64,000 nucleotides of DNA, from the NCBI GenBank assembly GCA_050694275.1, contig JBOGXF010000053.1, positions 8,382-72,381 on the forward strand, in the 5' to 3' direction. The stretch's first letter is position 1, and each line of letters begins with the position of its first letter. A model generated the notes under the pieces. It searched no databases. It was not told the origin of the DNA and worked only from the letters and a program-made list of their open reading frames with translations. Of the stretch, positions 1 to 9,554 are shown piece after piece. A program made the position numbers and the translations under genes. The DNA comes from Actinomycetota bacterium. GTDB lineage: Bacteria > Actinomycetota > CADDZG01 > WHSQ01.

Positions 1-283
1 GCACCTCGGTCGGGTACTGGAACGCGAGAAAGATGCCCGCCTTGGCGCGCTCGTCGGAAGCGAGCCTGAGGACGTCCTCGCCCTTGTAGAAGATCTTGCC
101 CGCGGTCATCTCGTAGCCGGGACGACCCGTCAGCACGTAGGCGAGCGTCGACTTGCCCGATCCGTTGGGGCCCATCAGGGCGTGAATATCACCCTTGTCC
201 AGGGTGAGGTTGAGCCCCTTCAGGATCTCGCGACCCTCGACCTCGACGTGTAGATCCTCGATGTGCAGCAGGTTCTCGGCCAT
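1..283 (-). CDS. sufC: Fe-S cluster assembly ATPase SufC (N-terminal part; gene runs off the window start)
   Basis: Reverse translation from ATG (281-283) reads MAENLLHIEDLHVEVEGREILKGLNLTLDKGDIHALMGPNGSGKSTLAYVLTGRPGYEMT... It has a Walker A GPNGSGKST and a typical SufC N-terminus. It is absent from the ORF track because the window edge truncates it. Confidence 0.9.
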   Translation of the reverse strand, partial: MAENLLHIEDLHVEVEGREILKGLNLTLDKGDIHALMGPNGSGKSTLAYVLTGRPGYEMTAGKIFYKGEDVLRLASDERAKAGIFLAFQYPTEV

Positions 284-302
284 CAAAAAAACACTCCTCT
301 TC

Positions 303-629
303 TCACCGCTCGTTGGGGGGACCGACCATGACCAGGTCGCCGTCGATCTTGACCTCGTACGTGGGTTCGGGTCGAGTCGCCGGCAGGATCCGCACCTCGC
401 CCGTCTTAACGTTGAAACAAGAACCGTGGAGCGGACATTCCACCTCCATCTCGTCGGGATCGAATTCGCCCTCGGTGAGGTATGCCTCTTCGTGCGTGCA
501 GATGTCGCCGAGCGCGTAGACGTCCTCGCCCACTCGATAGAGGCCGACCAGGTCCCCCCTCACGACCACCTGCTTCATCCCCCCGTCGGGGATCTCGTCC
601 ATCTTCGCAACAGCTTCGTACTCGGCCAT
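303..629 (-). CDS. Rieske [2Fe-2S] ferredoxin-like protein of the suf operon
   Basis: This is the last 108 aa of track ORF 303..1322 (MAEYEAVAKMDEIPDGG...). Rieske motifs CTHEEA (C-x-H) and CPLHGSCF (C-x2-H) are present. The start ATG 627-629 overlaps the sufD stop (ATGA). The upstream part of the track ORF is out-of-frame overlap with sufD. Confidence 0.85.
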   Translation of the reverse strand: MAEYEAVAKMDEIPDGGMKQVVVRGDLVGLYRVGEDVYALGDICTHEEAYLTEGEFDPDEMEVECPLHGSCFNVKTGEVRILPATRPEPTYEVKIDGDLVMVGPPNER

Positions 630-1861
630 CACGCCGCTCCCCGAACGATCTGTTCGCCCTCGACCTTCAGCGCGATGACCCGGGCGAGCTTCTCGCGCAC
701 CGATTCGATCCGGATGCGATCGAGCACGTCCCCGAAGAACCCGAACACGATGAGCTTCTGCGCGGTCACCCGGTCGATGCCCCGACTCATGAGATAGAAC
801 AGGTGCTCTTCCTCGACGGGTGCGACCGTCGCGCCGTGCGTGCATCGCACCTCGTTTGCCTCGATTTCGAGCTGTGGGATGGACCGGGCGATCGCTTCCT
901 CGGAGAGGACCACGTTCCGGTTCGCTTGATAGGCATCGGTTCCCTGTGCGCCCTTGGCGACGCGGATCAAACCCGAGTATTCCGAGCGCGACTTCTCCTT
1001 GAGGGCGCCCTTGTAGAGGAGGTCCGAGGTCGCGTGTGGCGCATCGTGACTCTGTAGGGTGCGCTGCGCGAAATGCTGATCGGTATCGGCAAAGTAAAGC
1101 CCGAGCATCTCGGAGAAAGAACCCTCGCCGACGAGCACGGACTCGACCTGGGTGCGAGCGAACACCGCACCGAGATTCACGGCGAGGCTTCGCACGGTCG
1201 CGTCCCGGTCCGCCGTGAAACGCTGCGTCTGAAAATGGTGGACGTTGCGACCCCACTCCTGCAACGAGATGTAGTTGACGGTCGATCCTCGCCCGGCGGT
1301 GACCTCGACCACGCTCGAGCACAGAGAAGGTTTTGCGCCCGTGGGGGATGCGGAGCGATCGACAACCGTCAACGAGGCGTTCTCCTCGATCACGATCGTG
1401 AGATGAGGAAACGTGGAGCCCCCGTCCTCGATTTCACGCACGATCTCTATGGGCATTTCGACCTCGACGTTGCTCGGGATGTAGATGAGCAGATCGTCGG
1501 AGTGAAATGCTCCGTGAAGGGCGGTGAACTTGTGCTCGTCGACCGCGACGTGAGTGAAGAAATACTCCTCGAGCAGGTCCTCGTGGTCGCGCGCCGCGGT
1601 CGCGAGATCTGCGACGACGACGCCCTTCTTCACGAGGTCGGAAGACGGTTCGGGGACGCTCGAGCGCAGTTGCGGAGGATCGAACACCGAGAAGTCGAAC
1701 CGGCGCACGTCGATGTAGCGCCACTCTTCGCTCTTCGGGTCGGGCAGCTCGAGCTTTTCGAACGCGTCGAACGCGGCGACTCGCCGCTCGGCGATCCAGG
1801 AGGGCTCGCCGAGCCCGTCACTCAGGGCCCGCACGGCTTCCTTGGTCAGCTTGTCGGTCAT
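629..1861 (-). CDS. sufD: Fe-S cluster assembly protein SufD
   Basis: 410-aa ORF with a SufB/SufD-family C-terminal region (..[22 protein letters not shown]..). It lies between the Rieske/sufC genes and a suf-type promoter region. Confidence 0.9.
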   Translation of the reverse strand: MTDKLTKEAVRALSDGLGEPSWIAERRVAAFDAFEKLELPDPKSEEWRYIDVRRFDFSVFDPPQLRSSVPEPSSDLVKKGVVVADLATAARDHEDLLEEYFFTHVAVDEHKFTALHGAFHSDDLLIYIPSNVEVEMPIEIVREIEDGGSTFPHLTIVIEENASLTVVDRSASPTGAKPSLCSSVVEVTAGRGSTVNYISLQEWGRNVHHFQTQRFTADRDATVRSLAVNLGAVFARTQVESVLVGEGSFSEMLGLYFADTDQHFAQRTLQSHDAPHATSDLLYKGALKEKSRSEYSGLIRVAKGAQGTDAYQANRNVVLSEEAIARSIPQLEIEANEVRCTHGATVAPVEEEHLFYLMSRGIDRVTAQKLIVFGFFGDVLDRIRIESVREKLARVIALKVEGEQIVRGAA

Positions 1862-1943
1862 GCGAGAGGCTTCTCCTTCGGCCGTCGGCAGGCGGGATCC
1901 GGCGCCGGGGCCGATCGCTTGTGAACGCTTTCACGATGTTACC

Positions 1944-1991
1944 AGTTAGGGTTGCCTAACTCCACGGTCGCGAGCTGCATTTACCCTGCTC
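1944..1991. promoter_or_regulatory. Candidate operator/promoter module upstream of sufD: palindrome AGTTAGG-GTTG-CCTAACT (1944-1961), 18 nt, then TTTACCCTGCTC (1980-1991)
   Basis: Perfect 7-bp inverted arms, 83 nt upstream of the sufD start, in the divergent sufD/EamA intergenic region. The same bipartite arrangement with identical 18-nt spacing recurs upstream of sufB (9555-9602). Confidence 0.6.
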
Positions 1992-2059
1992 ACCATGCAT
2001 GAACCCGAATTGGGAGGGGGCTCCTGAAGGGGAGCCTTGCCGGGCTGGTCGCGGTCGCG

Positions 2060-2914
2060 GTGGCCGCCGCGCTGTGGGCGGTCGCCGCCAACGTCGCGAG
2101 CGCTCTGTTCGAAGTCGGCGTCGACCCAATCCACCTCGCTGAGGCGCGGGCGATCGTCGCGGCCGCAGGAATCGTTTTCATTCCCGGAGCTTGGACGCGC
2201 TCTCGTGGCGAGACCCCGCTGGGTGCACTTGTGGCTCTTGGTCTCTCGATCGCCCTCGTGAACGCGGCCTACTACCTCGCCATCGACCGGCTGGCCGTCG
2301 CCGTCGCCATCGTTCTTCAGTACACGGCGCCCGCCATGGTCGTTGCCTGGACCGCGGTCGCCTCCCGCCGGCGACCCTCCCCCCAGATCCTCGCCACGCT
2401 CGGCCTCGCGGTCGCCGGGGTCGTCATGGTCTCCGGACTCGTGACTCAGGGGGTGGGCCGGATAGACGCGTTCGGCGTGCTGATGGGGATCGCGTCGGCG
2501 GTTCTCTTCGCGACCTACACCTTGCTCAGCGAGAAGACCTCCGCGACCTACGGTCCGATCGGAGCAATGTCTCGAGCCTTTGTAGTCGCAAGCGTCGCGT
2601 GGCTCATCTTCCAGATTCCCAGGGGGTGGCCCCCGGGGCTTCTGGAAGGCACCAACGAATGGGGGGTGCTGTACGTCGGTATCGCCGGAACCCTCGCGCC
2701 GTTCTTGCTCTTTGTGTGGGGCATCGGGCGAATCCAGGCCGAGCGTGCCGCGATCGCCGCCACACTCGAGCCGGTCCTCGCCGGGCTGATCGCGTTTGCT
2801 TTCTTGGGACAAAGCCTCACCCCCGCCCAGATCGCAGGGGGCGTGCTGGTCATGGTCGCGGTCGTCGCGCTGCAGGCGAGAAGGCGCGAGCCATTGATCG
2901 CCGCGGAACCTTGA
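2060..2914 (+). CDS. EamA/DMT-superfamily transporter
   Basis: 284-aa polytopic membrane ORF with two EamA-like halves (..LQYTAPAMVVAW.., ..ATLEPVLAGLIAFAFLGQ..). The start is uncertain: GTG at 2060, with in-frame CTG at 2024/2045 possible. An in-frame stop at 2000-2002 bounds it. Confidence 0.7.
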   Translation: MAAALWAVAANVASALFEVGVDPIHLAEARAIVAAAGIVFIPGAWTRSRGETPLGALVALGLSIALVNAAYYLAIDRLAVAVAIVLQYTAPAMVVAWTAVASRRRPSPQILATLGLAVAGVVMVSGLVTQGVGRIDAFGVLMGIASAVLFATYTLLSEKTSATYGPIGAMSRAFVVASVAWLIFQIPRGWPPGLLEGTNEWGVLYVGIAGTLAPFLLFVWGIGRIQAERAAIAATLEPVLAGLIAFAFLGQSLTPAQIAGGVLVMVAVVALQARRREPLIAAEP

Positions 2915-2932
2915 GCCCACACTTAGTTCGAG

Positions 2933-5431
2933 TCAGCGAGTCGTGCCAGCGCGAACGTCGTTGCTGTTCTCATCGTCCCGCGTGGATGCGCTCAGGGGAA
3001 CCTCGCCCGCAACCGTGGTTCCCCGCTTGGGGTGTGAGTCGATGCTCAGGTCGCCCCCCAGGGAAGCGATTCGGTCGGTCATATTCTGGATCCCGTCACC
3101 GTGACGGACGGAGGCAGGGTCGAATCCCGGTCCCAGGTCGTCTATCGAGAACCTCAGCCTGTCTTTGTCGGCCTCGAGCGTGACGGACACCGGCCCGGCA
3201 CCAGCGTGCTTGACTGCGTTCTGTATCGCCTCGAGGCAGCAGAAATAGACGGCGTTTTCGATCTCCGTCGGCAATCTGGTCACGACGTTCCCCGTGATGC
3301 GCACATCGACGGGACACCTGCGAGCATGGGCCTCGAGGGCGGAGACGAGACCCTTGTCCGACAACACGGGAGGGAAAATCCCCCGCGCCAGGTCTCGCAG
3401 GGTCTGCAAGGCGTCGGTGGTGTCGGTCTGGAGCTCATCCAGCAGACGAGAGGCTTCCGAGGGATCGGTAAGGGCCCTCTCCTGAGCCAGGCGGAGCTTT
3501 ATGGAGAGAGCTACGAGCTGCTGTTGTGCCCCGTCGTGAATGTCGCGCTCGAGTCGTCTTCTCTCCGCGTCCTGGGCGGAGACGATGCGGTGGCGAGACG
3601 CCTGCAGGTCTGCGAGTCGCGCCTGCAGCTCTACGGTCAACTGAGCGTTCTTCAGGACGAGTCCGGCCTGTGACGCGACATCCTGCAGCAACTGCTCTTC
3701 GACCGGCGTAAGTTCCTCCCCAGTCCCTGCGACCAGGGTGATCGCACCCAGCAACTCGCCCTGGTGGCGCACCGGAACGGTCCGATCCGCACCCGCAACG
3801 GAGAATTCGTCCCCATTTATCGGCAGGCGATAGTGGGTTTCCGCCTCTTCCGGCCACGAGACCGAACGGACCATCTCCGCGTCGACCTTCAGCCAGATGT
3901 CGACCCGCGCCGCGCCCGTTGCCTCGCCTACCGTCTGAGCCATCCGCGGGAGCACCTCGTCGACCGCGTAGGCGTCGCCGACCCGCTTCGAGAACTCGGT
4001 CAGGACCTCATAAGGAGTCGCTCTCTTCCCATAGACGAGCCGGTTGACGAGCTGGCGCGCGCGCTCCCGCAAGGGCTGGAACGCGAGGGCCACGATCGCG
4101 GTGAGCAGGATCGACAGCACGAGGTTTCCCCGGCTCCCGACGCCCAGCGCCGTTCCAACGACCACCACCACCCCGAGGTAGACGAGGGTTATCAACCCCG
4201 CCAGGAGACCGTAGACGAGGGTCCTGTTGATGACGCGGTCGATGTCCCACAGCCGGAATCGGATCAGCCCGGCGAACAGCGCGACGGGAATGACCGTAAA
4301 CACCAACCTGAATATCCGGAAGGCGAACCTGGCGCTGTTGTTTCCCGAGAACTCCGCACCGATGAACAACGGGTCGGTCGCGGTGTTGTCCTCATAGATA
4401 GCGACATTGTGCAGGTCCGCGTCGAAGTTGGTGAAGCGTATCGCATGCTCTCGCCCGGCCACAAGGGTGATCCTGTTTTGGTTGAAGTCGTTGTCGCGCG
4501 CACTTAGAGCCAGGGGACGGGAGATCTCCTGCGCCTCGGACGAGTTCGGGCCCACGACCTCGACGATGCCGATCATGTCGTCGGGATGGGGATCGCAGCG
4601 GAAGAAGTAGGTCCCCTCCGCCGGCGCGGTGACCTCGTACACGACTTCCTCTTTGCGCTCCTCGGGCCCCCCGGAGGTCGTAAACAGCGCAAGGGGGACC
4701 GCGACGGATAGAGCCAGGGCGAGCGCGCCCAGAAGCACTTTGGACTGCTGACGGCTTTCCGCCGACGCCGGACGCAAAACGCGCACGAGCTGAGCCGCCA
4801 GGCCGGCCACCGCGATGAAGATGCCGAACACGAGCACGAGCCCGAGCGTGTGGTCGTCGGTGGTGATCAGCGACAGCCCGGTCGCGACGAGGGCGAGGAA
4901 GGCAAGAACCGGCACCTGAAGCATCTGAGTGAGCCAGTGGCGGGGGCGCAGCCGTCCTTCCGGGAACAGGAGCAAAGCGAAGAAGTAGCACAGTCCGGAG
5001 ATCACGTGCAGCAAGACGTGCCACACGTCCGCTTGCGACAGAAATGAGGCCGGAATCACCTGGAGGGCATCGTGTCCCTGCAGATTGAAGGCGACCGAGG
5101 TCCCGACCAAGCCGAACGCGAGCAACCGGGCGGTGAGATCGCCCGGCCGGAGCTTGATCAGAAGCAGACCGAGCCCCAGATTGAAGACGCTGAAGAGGTA
5201 GTCGAGCACGACCTGGCCGACCGGCTGGGCACTGTGGGTCGTGTGGGCGACGTTGAGTGCAACCTGCGCCGACAGACCGTCGCCTTGCCCCCACCGATGC
5301 AGGGCGTCATGGAAAGCGGGCCACTCCGAGGCCACAGCCGGAAGCACCCCCAGCAGCAGCCACAGGCTCGCAGTTCCGAATGCAAAGATGAAGGCCGCGA
5401 GAAAAGCCGCGTCCCGTCGAGAGGATTGCAT
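2933..5431 (-). CDS. Sensor histidine kinase: multi-TM N-terminus, cupredoxin-like extracytoplasmic loop, GAF-like domain, HisKA_3 and HATPase_c
   Basis: 832 aa. The HisKA_3 H-box is ERRRLERDIHDGAQQQLVAL. The ATPase N/G boxes are YFCCLEAIQNAVKHA and DDLGPGF. There are many hydrophobic helices in aa 1-250 and 372-460. The loop at aa ~251-372 carries FFRCDPHPDDM and DLHNVAI. Confidence 0.9.
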   Translation of the reverse strand: MQSSRRDAAFLAAFIFAFGTASLWLLLGVLPAVASEWPAFHDALHRWGQGDGLSAQVALNVAHTTHSAQPVGQVVLDYLFSVFNLGLGLLLIKLRPGDLTARLLAFGLVGTSVAFNLQGHDALQVIPASFLSQADVWHVLLHVISGLCYFFALLLFPEGRLRPRHWLTQMLQVPVLAFLALVATGLSLITTDDHTLGLVLVFGIFIAVAGLAAQLVRVLRPASAESRQQSKVLLGALALALSVAVPLALFTTSGGPEERKEEVVYEVTAPAEGTYFFRCDPHPDDMIGIVEVVGPNSSEAQEISRPLALSARDNDFNQNRITLVAGREHAIRFTNFDADLHNVAIYEDNTATDPLFIGAEFSGNNSARFAFRIFRLVFTVIPVALFAGLIRFRLWDIDRVINRTLVYGLLAGLITLVYLGVVVVVGTALGVGSRGNLVLSILLTAIVALAFQPLRERARQLVNRLVYGKRATPYEVLTEFSKRVGDAYAVDEVLPRMAQTVGEATGAARVDIWLKVDAEMVRSVSWPEEAETHYRLPINGDEFSVAGADRTVPVRHQGELLGAITLVAGTGEELTPVEEQLLQDVASQAGLVLKNAQLTVELQARLADLQASRHRIVSAQDAERRRLERDIHDGAQQQLVALSIKLRLAQERALTDPSEASRLLDELQTDTTDALQTLRDLARGIFPPVLSDKGLVSALEAHARRCPVDVRITGNVVTRLPTEIENAVYFCCLEAIQNAVKHAGAGPVSVTLEADKDRLRFSIDDLGPGFDPASVRHGDGIQNMTDRIASLGGDLSIDSHPKRGTTVAGEVPLSASTRDDENSNDVRAGTTR

Positions 5432-5538
5432 ACAAGAATTGTGTACGAACCCCCACCATCAGGAAAAGGGGGGTGGCGGCGACTTCCGGTGGTGCCAGCA
5501 CCACTGCCCATGTCTCCCCGACTCCCTATTCTGAGGGC

Positions 5539-6204
5539 ATGGCCATCAGGGTGGTGCTCGCCGAAGACAATCTCCTCGTGCGGGAGGGCGTGGCCGGTCT
5601 GCTCGCCATGCACGACGACGTCGACGTCGTGGCCGCATGCGTGGGTCTCGACGACCTGCTCGAGGCGGTCGAGCGCGAGCGCCCCGATGTCGTGCTCACC
5701 GACATCCGCATGCCGCCGACCAACAGCGATGAAGGCATCCGAGCGGCAAGCCAGCTACGTGATTCTTTCCCCGAGATCGGAGTCGTCGTGTTGAGCCAGC
5801 ACGACGAGCCCGAATACGCCCTCGCCCTCCTCGAGCAGGGATCCGAGCGCCGCGCCTACCTCCTCAAGGAGCGCGTGTCGGACCCCGCCCAGTTGGTGGG
5901 AGCGATCCGAGCGGTGGCCGAGGGCGGTTCGGTGATCGATCCGAAGGTGGTCGAATCGCTCGTGGACGCGCGCGCTCGCGCAGACCAATCGCCGCTCGCT
6001 TTTCTCACCGCGCGGGAGCGTGAGGTTCTGTCCGAGATGGCGCAGGGCAAGACCAACGCCGGAATCGCTGAGAGCCTCGTCCTGACCGAACGCGCCATCG
6101 AGAAACACATCAACTCGATCTTCTCGAAGCTCCATCTGTCGCACGAGTCGAACGTTCACAAACGGGTCAAAGCCGTCCTTCTTTTTCTCTCGGAGAATCA
6201 CTGA
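5539..6204 (+). CDS. NarL/LuxR-family response regulator (REC + HTH_LuxR)
   Basis: MAIRVVLAEDNLLVREGV..DVVLTDIRMPP.. is the receiver. The C-terminal LTAREREVLSEMAQGKTNAGIAESLVLTERAIEKHINSIFSKL is a LuxR-type HTH. I chose the internal ATG at 5539 of track ORF 5473..6204. The gene is divergent from the kinase. Confidence 0.9.
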   Translation: MAIRVVLAEDNLLVREGVAGLLAMHDDVDVVAACVGLDDLLEAVERERPDVVLTDIRMPPTNSDEGIRAASQLRDSFPEIGVVVLSQHDEPEYALALLEQGSERRAYLLKERVSDPAQLVGAIRAVAEGGSVIDPKVVESLVDARARADQSPLAFLTAREREVLSEMAQGKTNAGIAESLVLTERAIEKHINSIFSKLHLSHESNVHKRVKAVLLFLSENH

Positions 6205-6318
6205 CCCGCCCCACAGTAGTGCTGCCCTCCTGTGATCGTCGTGTCACCACCGTTTTGCCGTCTACCGGGTCGCGTCACGATGACGACGCAAGGTTTCCCC
6301 AGAGAAAGGGAGGACGGT

Positions 6319-6954
6319 ATGAAGCATTGGGTCAAGAAGACCATCGGACCGGTGATTCTCGGCGCGATGATCGTCGCGGCGTTCACCACGGGTGGGTCGG
6401 CCGGCACCGCTCGGCCTCGGGGTCTGGTGGCGGACATGCAAGACGCCACCGGCGCGTCCGTCGGCAAGATTAGGTTCATTCCTAAAGACGACGGAAAAGT
6501 GATCGTGAAAGCTCGAGTGAGTGGACTCACGCCCGGCTTCCACGGTTTTCACGTGCACACCGCCGGGGCCTGTGATCCGGACGCTCAGGACACGGCCGGC
6601 GCGACGGTGCCCTTCTTCACCGCCGGCGGTCACTACAACCCGGTGACCACCAACTCTCACGGTTTGCACGCGGGAGACATGCCGCCGCTGCTAGTCACGG
6701 ACGACGGGAGCGCGGTGCTCAGGCTCGCGACCGACCGATTCCGCAACCGCGACCTGCTCGACGAGGACGGGAGCGCGGTGATCATCCACGCGGGTCCCGA
6801 CAACCTCGCTCACGTCCCGGCGACGACGCCGGCCGGAGGCGAGCGCTACCACTCGCACGTAGACGACGTGTTCGGACCCGACACCGCGACCAGGGCGACC
6901 GGCGACGCCGGTGCGCGCTTCGCATGCGGGGTGGTAACCAAAGCCCCTCGCTAG
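6319..6954 (+). CDS. sodC: Cu/Zn superoxide dismutase, secreted
   Basis: Contains GFHGFHVHTAGACD, GGHYNP, HGLHAGDMPPL, AVIIHAGPDN and GDAGARFACGVV. The signal-like N-terminus MKHWVKKTIGPVILGAMIVAAF is preceded by the RBS GAAAGGGAGGA. I chose the internal ATG at 6319 of ORF 6232..6954. Confidence 0.9.
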   Translation: MKHWVKKTIGPVILGAMIVAAFTTGGSAGTARPRGLVADMQDATGASVGKIRFIPKDDGKVIVKARVSGLTPGFHGFHVHTAGACDPDAQDTAGATVPFFTAGGHYNPVTTNSHGLHAGDMPPLLVTDDGSAVLRLATDRFRNRDLLDEDGSAVIIHAGPDNLAHVPATTPAGGERYHSHVDDVFGPDTATRATGDAGARFACGVVTKAPR

Positions 6955-7008
6955 AAGGCAGCACGTGATTGGGGGCGCCGGTAGCCCGGCGTCCCCTTTC
7001 ACCCGTGC

Positions 7009-8046
7009 TTAACCGGTGGCGAGGTCGGCGAGGCGGCGGCCGATGAGGGGGGCGAACTTGAACCCGTGTCCGCTGCACGGCGACCCCACGACGATCGGGC
7101 CGTGCCGCTCGAGGATGAAGCGCTCGTCGTCCGTGTTCGTGTAGAGGCAGGTCTCGGCGTGGTGAGGGACGGGGTGAGCGTGGGGGAAGCGCTCGGCGAC
7201 CCACGCCGCCACTCGCTTGATCGACTCCTCGTTCACGGAACCGTCCTCGTCGGGATCGGTCGTCGGCCCGGCGATGTGCTCCCCCGCCTTGATTCCCTGG
7301 CCGGGACTCGGGAGAGCGTAGATGTGTGGCGGGCCCCATTCGACCAGAGTCGGAAGGGTCTCGCCGTCGTGGGCGAAGAACCCGACGGTCTCGCGCGTCG
7401 CCCGGGTGGGAAGGTCGATGCCGACCGGTTCCAGAAGCCCCCGCGCCCATGCTCCGGCGGTGACGACCGCGACCGGAGCGACGAAGACCTCGTCGCCTGC
7501 ATGGATCGTCGCCTGCTCGTCGCTCACTTCCAGGCGTTCGACCCGGCGGCGCTCGAGGATCTCGGCCTTTGCTTTCTGCGCGGAGGCGACGAACGAATTC
7601 AGGGCGCGATCGGCGAGACAGATACCGGCGTCAGGGTGATACAAGACGGTCCGGTCGGCAGGTAGAGATACCGCCGGGAACCGCCGGGCCGCGTCGCGTC
7701 CTTCGAGCATCTCGAAAGGCGCGCCCTTGTCCTGAAGAGCGCGCGCGTTGGCGTCGATATTCGGGCCGACATCGAGGCCCCCCGTGGTGACGATCAGCGC
7801 GTCGTCCGCCTCGCGTTCCGCCTCCCGCCACAGATCCAGGGCTTCCATCGCCATCCCGACGTAGAGCGGGTCGGGATAGGAGAAGCGAAAGATGCGGGCG
7901 CGACCGTGGCTCGAACCGCGCGTGTGGCCGAGACCGAATTGCTCCAGCAGCGCGACTTTCTTTCCCGCTCGGGCGAGTGCGCGCGCGGTCGCCGATCCCA
8001 TGACTCCCGCACCGACAACGATGACGTCGAACGACCGCACGCTCAC
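7009..8046 (-). CDS. FAD-dependent oxidoreductase, monomeric sarcosine oxidase / N-methyltryptophan oxidase (SolA) family
   Basis: N-terminal dinucleotide fold DVIVVGAGVMGSATARALARAG and the family signature ..SPCSGHGFKFAP.. near the C-terminus. It starts 24 nt after the sufB stop on the same strand. Confidence 0.8.
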   Translation of the reverse strand: MSVRSFDVIVVGAGVMGSATARALARAGKKVALLEQFGLGHTRGSSHGRARIFRFSYPDPLYVGMAMEALDLWREAEREADDALIVTTGGLDVGPNIDANARALQDKGAPFEMLEGRDAARRFPAVSLPADRTVLYHPDAGICLADRALNSFVASAQKAKAEILERRRVERLEVSDEQATIHAGDEVFVAPVAVVTAGAWARGLLEPVGIDLPTRATRETVGFFAHDGETLPTLVEWGPPHIYALPSPGQGIKAGEHIAGPTTDPDEDGSVNEESIKRVAAWVAERFPHAHPVPHHAETCLYTNTDDERFILERHGPIVVGSPCSGHGFKFAPLIGRRLADLATG

Positions 8047-8070
8047 ACAACAACTCTACGTGCGGATCCT

Positions 8071-9504
8071 TTAGCCGACCGAGCCCTCCATCTGGAGCTC
8101 GACGAGGCGCTGGAGCTCGACCGCGTACTCCATCGGCAGCTCCTTGGTGATCGGCTCGATGAAGCCGCGCACGATCATCTGCATCGCCTCGGTCTCGGAC
8201 AGGCCCCGGCTCATCAGGTAGAAGAGCTGCTCGTCGGACACCTTGGAGACGGTCGCCTCATGGCTGACCGCGGCCGACTCCTCCTCGATCTCCATGTAGG
8301 GATAGGTGTCGCTTCGAGACGTCTCGTCGAGGATGAGCGCGTCGCAGATCACGTGGGACTTCGAGTGATCGGCCCCCTCCTCGATTCGGACGAGCCCACG
8401 GTATCCGGCGCGTCCGCCGTCCTTGCTGATCGACTTCGACGTGATCGCCGAGGACGTGTCCGGGGCGACGTGGATGACCTTGCCGCCGGCGTCCTGATGC
8501 TGGCCCTCGCCGGCGTAGGCGACCGACAGGACCTCGCCGCGGGCGTGCTTGCCCATGAGGTAGATCGACGGGTACTTCATGGTCACCTTCGAGCCCAAGT
8601 TGCCGTCGACCCATTCCATGATGGCGCCGTCGTATGCCACCGCTCGCTTGGTCACGAGGTTGTAGACGTTGTTCGACCAGTTCTGGATCGTCGTGTAGCG
8701 ACAGCGCGCGTCGTTCTTGACGATGATCTCGACCACCGCGGAGTGGAGCGAGTCGCTCGTGTAGACGGGGGCCGAGCAACCCTCGACGTAATGCACGTAG
8801 CTGCCTTCGTCGACGATGATCAGCGTCCGCTCGAACTGACCCATGTTCTCCTGGTTGATGCGGAAGTAGGCCTGGAGCGGGATCTCGACCTCGGTGTTGG
8901 GCGGCACGTAGATGAATGATCCGCCGGACCACACCGACGTGTTGAGCGCCGAGAACTTGTTGTCTGCCGGCGGGATGATCGTCCCGAAGTACTGCTTGAC
9001 GACGTCGGGGTGCTCGCGCAGGGCCGTGTCCATGTCCATGAAGAGGACGCCGCGGGCCTCGAGCTCTTCCTTGGTCTTGTGGTAGACGACCTCAGACTCG
9101 TACTGACTCGAAACGCCCCCGAGATAGTTCTTCTCGGCTTCGGGGATGCCGAGCTTGTCCCACGTCGCCTTGATGTCCTCGGGCATGTCGTCCCACGACT
9201 TCACCTGCTCCATCGGCTTGATGTAGTAGTAGATGTCGTCGAAGTCGATCGTCGAGAGGTCGGCCCCCCACGTCGGCAGCGGCTTCCGCAAGAAGATGTC
9301 GAGCGACTTGTGGCGGATCTTCCGCATCCAGTCGGGCTCGCCCTTCTTGTCGCTCATCATGTCGATGACCGCGTGATTGAGGCCCTTTTCGGGCTTCTCC
9401 TTGTAGGCGGTCTTGTCGTGCCAGCCGTATTTGTAGGCGCCCTTCAGCGCCCTTACCTGCTCGTTTTCCTGCTGGACCTTGAGGTCTTCGGCCTCAGTCG
9501 ACAC
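8071..9504 (-). CDS. sufB: Fe-S cluster assembly scaffold SufB
   Basis: 477 aa with highly conserved SufB blocks (..[18 protein letters not shown].., ..[28 protein letters not shown].., ..[20 protein letters not shown]..). GTG start at 9502-9504. Confidence 0.95.
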   Translation of the reverse strand: MSTEAEDLKVQQENEQVRALKGAYKYGWHDKTAYKEKPEKGLNHAVIDMMSDKKGEPDWMRKIRHKSLDIFLRKPLPTWGADLSTIDFDDIYYYIKPMEQVKSWDDMPEDIKATWDKLGIPEAEKNYLGGVSSQYESEVVYHKTKEELEARGVLFMDMDTALREHPDVVKQYFGTIIPPADNKFSALNTSVWSGGSFIYVPPNTEVEIPLQAYFRINQENMGQFERTLIIVDEGSYVHYVEGCSAPVYTSDSLHSAVVEIIVKNDARCRYTTIQNWSNNVYNLVTKRAVAYDGAIMEWVDGNLGSKVTMKYPSIYLMGKHARGEVLSVAYAGEGQHQDAGGKVIHVAPDTSSAITSKSISKDGGRAGYRGLVRIEEGADHSKSHVICDALILDETSRSDTYPYMEIEEESAAVSHEATVSKVSDEQLFYLMSRGLSETEAMQMIVRGFIEPITKELPMEYAVELQRLVELQMEGSVG

Positions 9505-9554
9505 AGGCGACCCCCCTTGGGGCTCGAGGTCTTGCGGTCACCGCCGAGTGTAGC

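Noticed and set aside
1944-1961. Interpretation of the suf palindromes as canonical IdeR/DtxR iron boxes
   Set aside because: The TTAGG/CCTAA arms are separated by 4 nt, not arranged as in the 19-bp TTAGGTTAGGCTAACCTAA consensus. No such site was seen upstream of the fetAB-like or dtxR-family genes. It is kept only as one of two regulator hypotheses.
5432-5460. Near-palindrome TACAAGAATTGTGTA next to the kinase start, as a regulator binding site
   Set aside because: Only 4-bp arms (ACAA/TTGT) pair properly. The evidence is too weak to call.
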